DNA from: Candidatus Dormiibacterota bacterium
Lineage (GTDB): Bacteria > Chloroflexota > Dormibacteria > Aeolococcales > Aeolococcaceae
Length of the DNA stretch: 64,000 nt
NCBI GenBank assembly: GCA_963709585.1
Contig: CAVPXI010000014.1
Location: forward strand, 1-64,000
Reading direction: 5' to 3'
Made by a program: the position numbers and the translations under genes. Positions within the stretch are counted from its first letter, which is position 1. Every line of letters begins with the position of its first letter. Positions 50,924-59,528 of the stretch are shown in pieces. The notes under the pieces were generated by a model. That model made no database searches, was not told where the DNA came from, and was given only the letters and a program-made list of their open reading frames with translations.

Positions 50924-51442
50924 AGCACGCGTGCTTCACGCAAGAAGTCGTGTACGAGCCCGGATATCCTGAATGCCCGCCTCATCGATGACATCAACGG
51001 ACCGTCGGACGATGCCGACGCACGCTTCCCTGAATTCATCGAGCGCCGCGAAGTACGCCGCGCCCTTGAGGTCGGGGCGCACGGTGACCATGAGGTCCAC
51101 ATCGCTCTCGGCCCGAGCGGTGCCCCGCGCGACGGAGCCGACGACACGAACCTGCTGAATACCACGCGCTGTAGCGGCGGCACGGATCCTCCCGTTGAGG
51201 CGGCGCAGTTCCTCGGTCGACGGCGGGGTGGCAAGCCCGGGAATGATGGTCGTCGTCAAGGACCTCCCTGTGGCGGTGGCGAAGCGCTCGAGGAAGGACA
51301 GCGTGTGCGAGGGTCCGCTGCCGCTCTCGGCGCGTGCGATCACGGATTGGGTCGTCCCCATGCGTGCTGCGAGAGCAGCCTGGGAGAGCCCGGCGGCGCG
51401 CCGGTTGGCGCGGAGCGCCACGTAAAGCGGGTCATGCGGCAT
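50920..51442 (-). CDS. Xre-HTH fused minimal nucleotidyltransferase (MNT) antitoxin, frameshift near the 3' end
   Basis: GLSQAALAARMGTTQSVIARAE HTH, and GSVARG...SDVD and VDVI MNT motifs. The tail FLREARVL* is in the 50920 frame and overlaps the HEPN start. Confidence 0.82.
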
Positions 51443-51450
51443 GGAGCCAG

Positions 51451-51468
51451 TATCGCATATTTGCGATA
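51451..51468. promoter_or_regulatory. palindromic operator upstream of the HTH-MNT/HEPN operon
   Basis: TATCGCA-TATT-TGCGATA, 8 nt upstream of the start codon. Confidence 0.6.
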
Positions 51469-51698
51469 ATCAGCGCCCGTAGGTTCTGGACTAGAAGCCG
51501 GGGCGAGATACCCAGGTGGCATCGATGTTCCGGCTCGCCCCTGGCGTTCGAAGGGCACGTCGCCACCGAAACCGACCTTTCCGAGGCTTAGTCCCGACCT
51601 GGGCCGTCCCTTTGATCTCCATCGACGGATTCCAATTGTGGGTATGCGGCTCCGTGGCTTACCGGCCGACCCCCCATCCAGGCTGAGAGACTCTGCCG

Positions 51699-52247
51699 AT
51701 GGCCGACGTTCCACCTGGACTCATCTTGCAATGGCTGACCGAACCGAGCATGGTCAACGCGCGTACGCGCCGTCAGCTTCTCAGCTGCTGGCGCGATGTC
51801 GTAAATGCCGGAGGGGCGGTCGGCTTTCCGTTCTTGCCGGTGGAGGACGCGCAAGTCCTGCCGGCAGTCGATGCCATGGTTGACTCGCTCAACCCGCTGG
51901 TCAACCGGCTACTGCTCGCGACCGTGGGCGAATCGTTGGCCGGTTGGCTGCTCTTGGCTGGCAACACGGCGAAGGTCACGGCTCACTGGGCGCGGGTGCT
52001 GAGAGTGCAGACCGCCATCGCTCACCGCGGGACGGGCATCGGCCGGAGCATGATGACTGAAGTGTCTCGCGCCGCTCGAGACGACATGGGCCTCCAGCAG
52101 CTGCATCTGGAGCTGAGAGCGGGCCTCGGATTGGAATCCTTCTACGGCGCCTGCGGCTGGCGGGAGGTCGGCAGATGGCCCGCTGCGCTGCGACTGAGCG
52201 AAGACGACTACCGCGACGAGGTGCTCATGGTTCTGAAGTTACAGTGA
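51699..52247 (+). CDS. GNAT family N-acetyltransferase
   Basis: HRGTGIGRSMM acetyl-CoA motif and FYGACGW. Confidence 0.88.
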   Translation: MADVPPGLILQWLTEPSMVNARTRRQLLSCWRDVVNAGGAVGFPFLPVEDAQVLPAVDAMVDSLNPLVNRLLLATVGESLAGWLLLAGNTAKVTAHWARVLRVQTAIAHRGTGIGRSMMTEVSRAARDDMGLQQLHLELRAGLGLESFYGACGWREVGRWPAALRLSEDDYRDEVLMVLKLQ

Positions 52248-52355
52248 TGGAGCTCGACACTATACGCTGCAGAGTAGTGGCGGCCACCATATAGTGTCGG
52301 CAATGGCAGCAACGTGAGTCGCCAGTCGTCTTACGTTGCAACCATTTGGGCGCCG

Positions 52356-52506
52356 CCGTCGGGGAGACAGGACTCGAACCTGCGACCCCTGGTCCCCCAG
52401 ACTAGTCCTCGTTTCCGAGAGCGTAACCGAGTTCAGAATGTGTGGTTTCGTGGCGGATTGGTGGAATGACGACTAGTGCAGGTGCGATGGAATCGATTGG
52501 AATTCC
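52356..52506 (-). repeat. tRNA-Pro(GGG)-derived att-like repeat, copy 4 (core 52357-52405, right arm present, left arm divergent)
   Basis: CGTCGGGGAGACAGGACTCGAACCTGCGACCCCTGGTCCCCCAGACTAG followed by GAGTTC, GGAATGACGACTAG and phased TGGAAT repeats. Confidence 0.9.
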
Positions 52507-52690
52507 GTCAACACACACGCACACGTACTGCACATTGCTTCCCTCCCCCTCCGCTCTGTACTTTGGGCACTCTGGCGGCCGTCGGGCGCGCCGAGCCTCT
52601 AAAGTCCATGAATCTGGTGACAGGACACTCGTGTGAGCGACGCGGCTGTCCTTCGAGATCTCTCGAGCCGTACCTGCGAATGTAGGTGAA

Positions 52691-53197
52691 CTATGGCGGC
52701 GCCGACCCGCGCTGACGGAAGCGCGCCGGCGGCTCGACGCCGATCGATGGAGGACCTTGCGCTTCTTCGTTCACGCACACATATGCGGTCAGCCACCACT
52801 CCTCTCGCACCTCGTCGATCTCTCCCTCACCAACAACAAAGCAGGTGTTGAGCCACCGATACGACTCCACCTCGGTAGTCAGTTCAATGCGGACTGTGAC
52901 CGCACGCCGACGCCCGCCTGCTTGCTCATCGACGCTCTGGCCATGGATGGAGATGAGAATGTCCTTGCCCTCCCTGGTAGTGAGGAAGCCACGGAGGTTC
53001 GGCGTCCAAACGCCGTCGTCCCGACGCCGAGGATAGTTGGCCCATATCAGCGTTCCTTCGATGTCGCCGGTTACTTCTCCCCCTCCGTGGCCGAAGCCAA
53101 GCGCTTCCTCGCCTCGCTCGGGACTTCCGCCATAGGGCTGGTGCCAGCTGGCGCGGGAGTACTGCATCGTGATCTTGCAGAGCGGTTCGATGCGCAT
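52691..53197 (-). CDS. hypothetical beta-barrel protein (DUF3237-like)
   Basis: GGGEVTG..EG and YRWLNTCFVVGEG pattern. ATG follows GAAGGAGG. Confidence 0.55.
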   Translation of the reverse strand: MRIEPLCKITMQYSRASWHQPYGGSPERGEEALGFGHGGGEVTGDIEGTLIWANYPRRRDDGVWTPNLRGFLTTREGKDILISIHGQSVDEQAGGRRRAVTVRIELTTEVESYRWLNTCFVVGEGEIDEVREEWWLTAYVCVNEEAQGPPSIGVEPPARFRQRGSAPP

Positions 53198-53441
53198 CAA
53201 TGGACCCTCCTTCGTAACCCGTTGATCCTGCGCCTCACGTCCCATTGAAAGCAGCGAGCGAGCCTCGTGAGTGAATAGACATCGAAGTGAAGGCGACGAC
53301 ACCTTGCAACGAGCTTCGCCGCGAGCGGTGATCGCGAATACCACGAGTGCAACTGTCACCCCATCCCGCGTGGCGGATCCGAGCTGTACGCGGGTCGCGG
53401 AATTCGCTGGTAGTTCAGGCGCGGCTCACTTCCCCCGGTCT

Positions 53442-54059
53442 TCAGTCGGCCGAGGCCGTTGCATACGCCGGGCGCCCGCTAGGCCGATAGACCTGGATCA
53501 TTACCCCGCTCGGAGTGGACCGGGAGTCGATCAGCTCGAGCGCCGTGTCCGGGCCCCTGTCGGGGAATAGCCGCGTGCCCTGGCCGAGGATCACGGGGTA
53601 GGTGAGCAGGGTGATCTCGTCGACAAGCTGGTTGTCGAACAGCCAGCGGACGAGGCTACCGCTGCCGTGCACCTGCAGCTCACCCGCGGGCTTGGCTTTC
53701 AGGTCGCCGATGGCTGCCGCGACGTCTCCGGAAAGGACGGTCGTATCCGTCCATTGCGGGTCGGTGAGCGTGGTGGATGCCACGTACTTGGGCTTCGAGT
53801 TCAAGGCCCCCCCGATGGGACTCTGCCGCATCGCCTCAATTGCTCCCCAGGAGCCGGCAAAGGTCTCATAGGTCAACCGCCCGAACAGGAACGCGTCGGC
53901 GCGCTGCATGGACTCGGTGAGGAACGCAGTTGCCTCGTTGTCGAACAGCGGCCCGGCCCACCCGCCGCGCTCGAATCCGCCTCTGCGGTCCTCGTCTGTC
54001 CCGCCGAGCCCCTGCATCACTCCATCGACGGAGATGTGCGTGATGGTCGTCAGTCTCAT
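53442..54059 (-). CDS. dihydrofolate reductase family (RibD C-terminal-like) protein
   Basis: SVDGVMQ, GRLTYE, PKYVAS and VHGSGSL..LVDE..PVILGQG motifs. Confidence 0.88.
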   Translation of the reverse strand: MRLTTITHISVDGVMQGLGGTDEDRRGGFERGGWAGPLFDNEATAFLTESMQRADAFLFGRLTYETFAGSWGAIEAMRQSPIGGALNSKPKYVASTTLTDPQWTDTTVLSGDVAAAIGDLKAKPAGELQVHGSGSLVRWLFDNQLVDEITLLTYPVILGQGTRLFPDRGPDTALELIDSRSTPSGVMIQVYRPSGRPAYATASAD

Positions 54060-54081
54060 GGGTTTCTTCCCCTTTTCCAAC

Positions 54082-54140
54082 TAGTTGAGCTTTCAACTAT
54101 GCGTTGTAGTGACATTACCAGATTTGATTGAAATGTCAAC
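54082..54140. promoter_or_regulatory. MarR-type operators
   Basis: TAGTTGAGCTTTCAACTA palindrome (54082-54099) and a related TTGAAATGTCAA in the divergent intergenic region. Confidence 0.6.
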
Positions 54141-54171
54141 CAACAGGCGGAACTGCTGGTAGGCTGGGGAT

Positions 54172-54687
54172 ATGGCCGGGACCCGGTGGCTGAGCGAGGA
54201 CGAGCAGCGGACCTGGCGGACGTTCGTAATGGCCACCAAGCTGCTGTTCGATCAGCTGGAACAGGAGCTCGACGAGCAGACGGACGTTCCGAGTCACTAC
54301 TACGAGGTCCTGGCCCGCCTCGCGGAGGTCCCCCAGCGACGGCTGCGGATGAGCGACCTGGCCGACCTGTCCCAGTCGTCGCGCAGCCGGCTGTCCCACT
54401 CCATCGCCCGGCTGGAGTCGCTCGGCTGGATCCGGCGCGAGGCCTGTCAGACGGACCGCCGGGGAGCCTTTGCCGTGCTCACCGACGAGGGCTTCTCCGC
54501 CCTCGAGGCTGCCGCCCCGGTGCACGTGGAGGGTGCGCGCAGGCACCTGTTCGACCAACTCGACGTTGAGCAGCTCGAGGAGCTGCGGCGGATCAGCGAG
54601 CGAGTGCTCGAGCACCTGGTGGCCGTCAAAGAATTGTCCCCCGAGGAACTGGGACGGCTCGGCATGCCCCTCCAGCCACGCAGCTAG
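54172..54687 (+). CDS. MarR family transcriptional regulator
   Basis: LRMSDLA...SRSRLSH...TDRRG motifs. Confidence 0.92.
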   Translation: MAGTRWLSEDEQRTWRTFVMATKLLFDQLEQELDEQTDVPSHYYEVLARLAEVPQRRLRMSDLADLSQSSRSRLSHSIARLESLGWIRREACQTDRRGAFAVLTDEGFSALEAAAPVHVEGARRHLFDQLDVEQLEELRRISERVLEHLVAVKELSPEELGRLGMPLQPRS

Positions 54688-54856
54688 CTATCGCCAGCCC
54701 ACGCCGGGATGAACACATCGCCCACAGCAATCGGGTCGAACGCGTGCCACTGAGAGCGCCTTTGGAATAGGCGTCGACGGCACCGATGACTTGTTCCGCC
54801 ATGCGTCGTCTCTACCGGTGATGAGATGGGACGTTACACACGGGGAGGTCAGTTGA

Positions 54857-55456
54857 ATGTCTAGATCTGTGCTCTATATGTCGATGTCACTTGACGGCTT
54901 TATCGCCGGCCCCAACGACCATTCGGGAAACCCCGGAGGCGACGACTTCATGCGTCTGCACCGGTGGTATGGGTTTGCCTCGGACGCTGGGCCGACCGCC
55001 GAGACCGTTGATGGGTCGGGGATTGGCCGGCAATTTCTCGATGAAGGCAACGAGACGGGTGCGGTCCTCGCCGGTCGCAATACCGTGGAGCAGGTCGATC
55101 ACTGGGGCGGCGACCACCACGACGGCGTTCCAATCTTCGTAGCCAGTCACAGGCCGCCGGGATCGTCGGTCGCGAAGTACCCATTGGTGACGTACGTGAC
55201 GGATGGGATCGTCAGCGCGATGTCACAGGCGAAGGCCGCTGCAGGTGCCCGCGACGTGCTGGTCCATGGTGCATACACGGCACAGACGGCACTTGCGGCA
55301 GACGTGCTCGATGAGTTGCAGATTCACCAGGTGCCGGTGCTGTTCGGTAGCGGCCGCCGACTATTCGACGTGTTGCCGACTAGGGTCGAGTTGGAGATCG
55401 TTCGAGTGATCGACACTCCAGAGGCCACGCACATCCGCTACCGCATTGTGAGGTAA
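54857..55456 (+). CDS. dihydrofolate reductase family (RibD C-terminal-like) protein
   Basis: MSMSLDGFIAGPND and LDELQIHQVPVLFGSG motifs. Confidence 0.88.
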   Translation: MSRSVLYMSMSLDGFIAGPNDHSGNPGGDDFMRLHRWYGFASDAGPTAETVDGSGIGRQFLDEGNETGAVLAGRNTVEQVDHWGGDHHDGVPIFVASHRPPGSSVAKYPLVTYVTDGIVSAMSQAKAAAGARDVLVHGAYTAQTALAADVLDELQIHQVPVLFGSGRRLFDVLPTRVELEIVRVIDTPEATHIRYRIVR

Positions 55457-55825
55457 TGCGGCACTTCGGATTGGATGTCGAGGAGAACCTGTGGGCACAG
55501 TAATGATGCCCCAACGTGGTGTCGGTGGACGGCTAATCGCCAACGGGCTGCGCTTGTTGCGACCAGCCTCAACTCGAGATCCGATGGCCCAAAACTTCAA
55601 TGCCGTCCTGGGATGGCACACCGCCTCACGCACACGTACATGAGACGTACAAGCTAGGTGCACAATGCGCGAGCTTTTATCATCCAGGTGACACAGGGCA
55701 AGGTGGAACCGACGATTGACGATCGTCTTCAGGCGCGGCGCTGACACGGCAGAGTATCCCGCGAGCCTCAGTGAGCAAGTGGCGGTCGAGTGTGGAACCG
55801 GGCACGTGATGTCACCCAATAGCTT

Positions 55826-56413
55826 GTGCACCACGGGGAGTTCATGATTCACGATGAGCCCGACACCTACATCCTCTGGCACTGTGCCAGCCTCGCGAGC
55901 AGTGAATACGCGTCCGTGAGCAACCGGGACAATGGTCACCGTCTCCAGGGGTTGACGGTCATGCCACTCGAGTATCGTCCTTGTCACATCGACTACGCAG
56001 TTGCGGTCGACGCAGCCTGGTCGCCGAACTTCGTGACGGCCACCATCACCACACCAACTCAGATTCGAACTCGTCATCTCGAGCGCGATGCAAATGGGCA
56101 CTGGCGACTCGACGGGGAGGCAGCGGCTTACCTCGATGGATGCACCGATGTCGACCTTGGCTGGACGCCATCCACCAACACGGTTCCGATACGCCGCTTG
56201 GACCTTGCAGTAGGAGACACGGAAACTATAAGCGCCGCCTGGATGCGGTTCCCAGAGCTCGATGTCGTCGTGAGTTCACAGCGGTATACACGGCTCGCTG
56301 ATGACTGTTGGCGCTACCAATCGGGGCAATACGACTTCGCCTTGACCACCGACGTTGTGACCGGGCTGGTCTTGGCATACGGCGACGACCTCTGGCGCGC
56401 TGTCGCTCGATGA
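55826..56413 (+). CDS. putative glycolipid-binding domain protein
   Basis: LDGCTDVDLGWTPSTNTVPIRRLDL and QRYTRL motifs. Confidence 0.75.
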   Translation: MHHGEFMIHDEPDTYILWHCASLASSEYASVSNRDNGHRLQGLTVMPLEYRPCHIDYAVAVDAAWSPNFVTATITTPTQIRTRHLERDANGHWRLDGEAAAYLDGCTDVDLGWTPSTNTVPIRRLDLAVGDTETISAAWMRFPELDVVVSSQRYTRLADDCWRYQSGQYDFALTTDVVTGLVLAYGDDLWRAVAR

Positions 56414-56540
56414 AACGCAGCTAGGCACCAGTGACGCCACGGCGCGCTAGGTTCACCGTCCTGCTTCTGGCCGCAGCCTGTCTGATCGCAAGAGAACGCT
56501 AGTCGATTCGCCGACCAAGAGATGCCGGTGGGACCTCGCC

Positions 56541-56723
56541 GCGAACTCGCATTGCGCGTCCGAGTCGGGCAGACAGGACTCGAACCTGCGACCCCTGGTC
56601 CCCCACACCAGTGCTTATTTAGCTCCCACTAATCGAGGTCAGAAATAGTGGTTTCGTCGGAATTTGGTTGGAATGACTACCAGAGCAGGAGTGATGGATT
56701 CCCTTGGAATCGAGTGGACATCC
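56541..56723 (-). repeat. tRNA-Pro(GGG)-derived att-like repeat, copy 5 (core 56564-56611 with both arms)
   Basis: GCGAACTCGCATTGCGCGTCC left arm, a core with two substitutions, then TTGGTTGGAATGACTACCAG and three phased NTGGA repeats. Confidence 0.88.
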
Positions 56724-57186
56724 AGAACGGGTGAGCTGCTTCTGCCGTGCCCACCACTCTCTCGACTTTGTACATTCTCGTCGACCAGCGGCGGCTAGAG
56801 CCGGTGGCGCGCGCCATCATCTGACAGGACGCTCGTCTGGTCGACGCTCGCCCCCATCTAGGCGGCCCACGGCGAAAGCTGGGGATCGAGCATGGAGCCT
56901 TATACGCTCGCCGGGTAGCCGGCACTGTCACGCACTTGAGGGCCGACCTCCCCGCTTATGGCGCAATCCGTCGCGCCACATCAGCGAGTGGTCCCTTCGT
57001 TCGGCGTGTTGCGGTCGGTAACACGGTTGGGGGATTCGTCGCTTGGGACCGCACGCCGGAACACGAAAGCCATTCTTATGGGCGCGCTCGCCCGCGTACG
57101 CTTCGCGTCGACGGTCAGGGCGCTCCCCAAAACTGCTCTTCCCGCCCTCCGTGAGCGCGCTCGACGCGCGCCCTGCGCGCGGCGCG

Positions 57187-57606
57187 TCAGCGTTCCGGGA
57201 CCAGGAGCAACGGAATGGTTGTCCGGGCCGCGACGTCAGCCGCAACGCTTCCAACGAACAGCCTCCCGAGATGGTGCGGCTTTGGGAGGCCGAGAATGAG
57301 GATGTCCGTTGTCGAATTGAGCCCTTCATGCACGACAGCTTGGGCAAGATTTTCCGCGCTGGTCGCACGCGTGGTCACGACGCGGGTCGTGACCCCCCGG
57401 CTACGCAACTCGGCGATTGCGTTGCCGACGGGCTCTCTCGGCTCAGTGTTGTCGTCAAGCCAGATCGCCGTGTCGACGTTGGTATTCAGCTCGTCGGCGT
57501 GGAAGATCTCGACCGTGGCGCCACTCGCTGCGGCGAGCTCGCCTGCGATCCTCGTTGCTTCGCTCGATGTGTCAACGTCGACAGCAAGTAGAAGGTGGCT
57601 GATCAT
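57187..57606 (-). CDS. universal stress protein
   Basis: HLLLAVD and DILILG...LFVGSVA...PLLLVP motifs. Confidence 0.85.
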   Translation of the reverse strand: MISHLLLAVDVDTSSEATRIAGELAAASGATVEIFHADELNTNVDTAIWLDDNTEPREPVGNAIAELRSRGVTTRVVTTRATSAENLAQAVVHEGLNSTTDILILGLPKPHHLGRLFVGSVAADVAARTTIPLLLVPER

Positions 57607-59524
57607 TCGTCGTCTCCTTCGCGTGTTGTGGCCAGAAGGCGGTGGGAATGCACCGCATGGACGTGCGCCTGATCAATCTCCCACGCGGCATCGATCAATC
57701 CGACATGGCTGAACGCCTGGGGGAAGTTGCCAAGCAACTCCCCGGTCCGGCTGTCGATCTCCTCGGCGAGAAGCCCGACATCATTGGTGAGGCCCGAAAG
57801 CCGTACGAACAGAGCCTGAGCACGATCGATCTCCCCCACTCGGGCGAGACACGAGGCGAGCCAGAAGGAACAGATGACGAACGCGCCTTCCTTGCCGGCT
57901 AGCCCGTCAGCGTTGAGGCCCGCATCACTCCGATAGCGGAGCACAAGCCCATCTTCAGTGAGATCTCGAGCGATCGCCTCGATGGTGGCCTTCATCCGTA
58001 CGTCAGTTGCGGGCAGGAATCCGACAAGCGGCATGAGTAGGGCGGAAGCGTCGAGTTCATCGGAGTCGAATGCTTGGGCATAGGCGCCGCGTGCGCTACT
58101 CCAGCCGCGCGTCAGCACGGCGTCGCGAATGCGACTACGCTCGATTGCCCACGCGTCGGCCTTTGCGTACTCCCCGAGCTTTGGTGCGAGCCGCACGGCG
58201 CGGTCGAGCGCCGTCCAGCAGAGGACTTTGGAGGAAAGGTGGTGGCGAGGGTCACCACGCATCTCCCACATCCCCGCGTCGGGTTGCTCCCAACATCGCG
58301 CGGCCGCGTCGGCGAGTTCCCGCCGCGAACCGCTGGATTTCCGGGTGGAGGTCTCCAAGGCGAGCCTGGTAACGATGCAGCATGTCGAGCAGCTCGCCGT
58401 AGACGTCGAGTTGCGTCTGCACCCACGCGCCGTTGCCGACGCGCACCGGCTTTGAGTTGCGCCACCCGGCGAGGTGGGGCAACTCGCGCTCACTCAGGTC
58501 GTGCTCCCCACCGACCCCATACATGATCTGCAGTGAAGAGTCAGCCCCGGCACCCCCACCCGCCGAGCTGGTCATGAACGACACGAAGTCGGTGGCCTCG
58601 ACCGGACAGGTGCCGAGATAGAGCGCCTGCAAGGTGAGGCTCGCATCTCGTATCCACGCATAGCGATAGTCCCAGTTGCGCTCACCACCGACTGTTTCGG
58701 GCAGCGATGTCGTGGGTGCGGCGACCATTGCGCCGGTTGGACGGTATGTCAATCCCTTGAGGACTCGCGAACTGAAGCGTACGAGATCCCGATGCTTTCC
58801 CCGGTAGAGGTCATGCAGCGCCTCCCACGAGCGCCAGGATTCGAGCGTGTCAGCGATCCGCGCCTGAACGTCTGTCGCGGGAGTTGGCTGTGGCGCTGCG
58901 CTCTCGACCGCCGCCCAACGCAGCGAGAATCCGACGTTGTCGCCGGATCCCACCGGAAAGGTCGAGTGCATCGTCGCGCCCTCGATCGTGACTGGCACCG
59001 CCGAGTTGATCGCGAGCTGGTTGGGACCGCCAAAGGTCCGCCCGCCCTCCTGGGTCATGCGGAACAACGGCCGAACCAGCCCATACTCCGGTCGCGGCGC
59101 AAGCTCCATGATCATGTCAACTCGTCCGGACACACCCTCCACATTGCGCAGTACCTCATGCGGCGCACGCAGCCCGAGGTCGTGGCCGCGCTGCCCGGCG
59201 TCGGCGGCCATGATGTCGACGATCCGTACGGTGCCTGAAGTCGGTCACGAACGTCGTCTCCAACGCGAGCGTTGCCGGCAGGTAGCGCCGTTGCACTTGG
59301 AAGCTCGTCACCGGGCGGAGTGACCAGTGCCCAGCGCGAGGATCCAGGATGCGCGCAAAGACCGCTGGGCTATCGAAGCGGGGCAAGCACAACCAGTCGA
59401 TCGACCCCTCGCTGCTCACGAGCGATGCAGACGAGCAGTCGGACAGGAATCCGTAATCGGCGATCGCGATGCCGTTATCAGGAGCGGTGTCCGACGGGTC
59501 TGACGGCGGTGACGTCGAGGTCAT
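57603..59524 (-). CDS. glycoside hydrolase family 15 (trehalase-like), two frameshifts (near 59235 and 58320)
   Basis: IADYGFLSDC, APTTSLPE..GGERNWDYRYAWIRD, QLDVYGE and GNFPQAFSH motifs across three frames. Confidence 0.88.
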
Positions 59525-59528
59525 TTGA

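Noticed and set aside
13449-56723. CRISPR array or classical integron (attC) explanation of the repeats
   Set aside because: Spacing is kilobases and irregular, the repeat is tRNA-derived, no cas or intI gene is present, and I found no convincing RYYYAAC...GTTRRRY attC hairpins.
56730-57180. Integrase remnant next to repeat copy 5
   Set aside because: No tyrosine recombinase catalytic motifs (R...HxxR...Y) or serine recombinase motifs are recognisable in the ORFs or frames I read.
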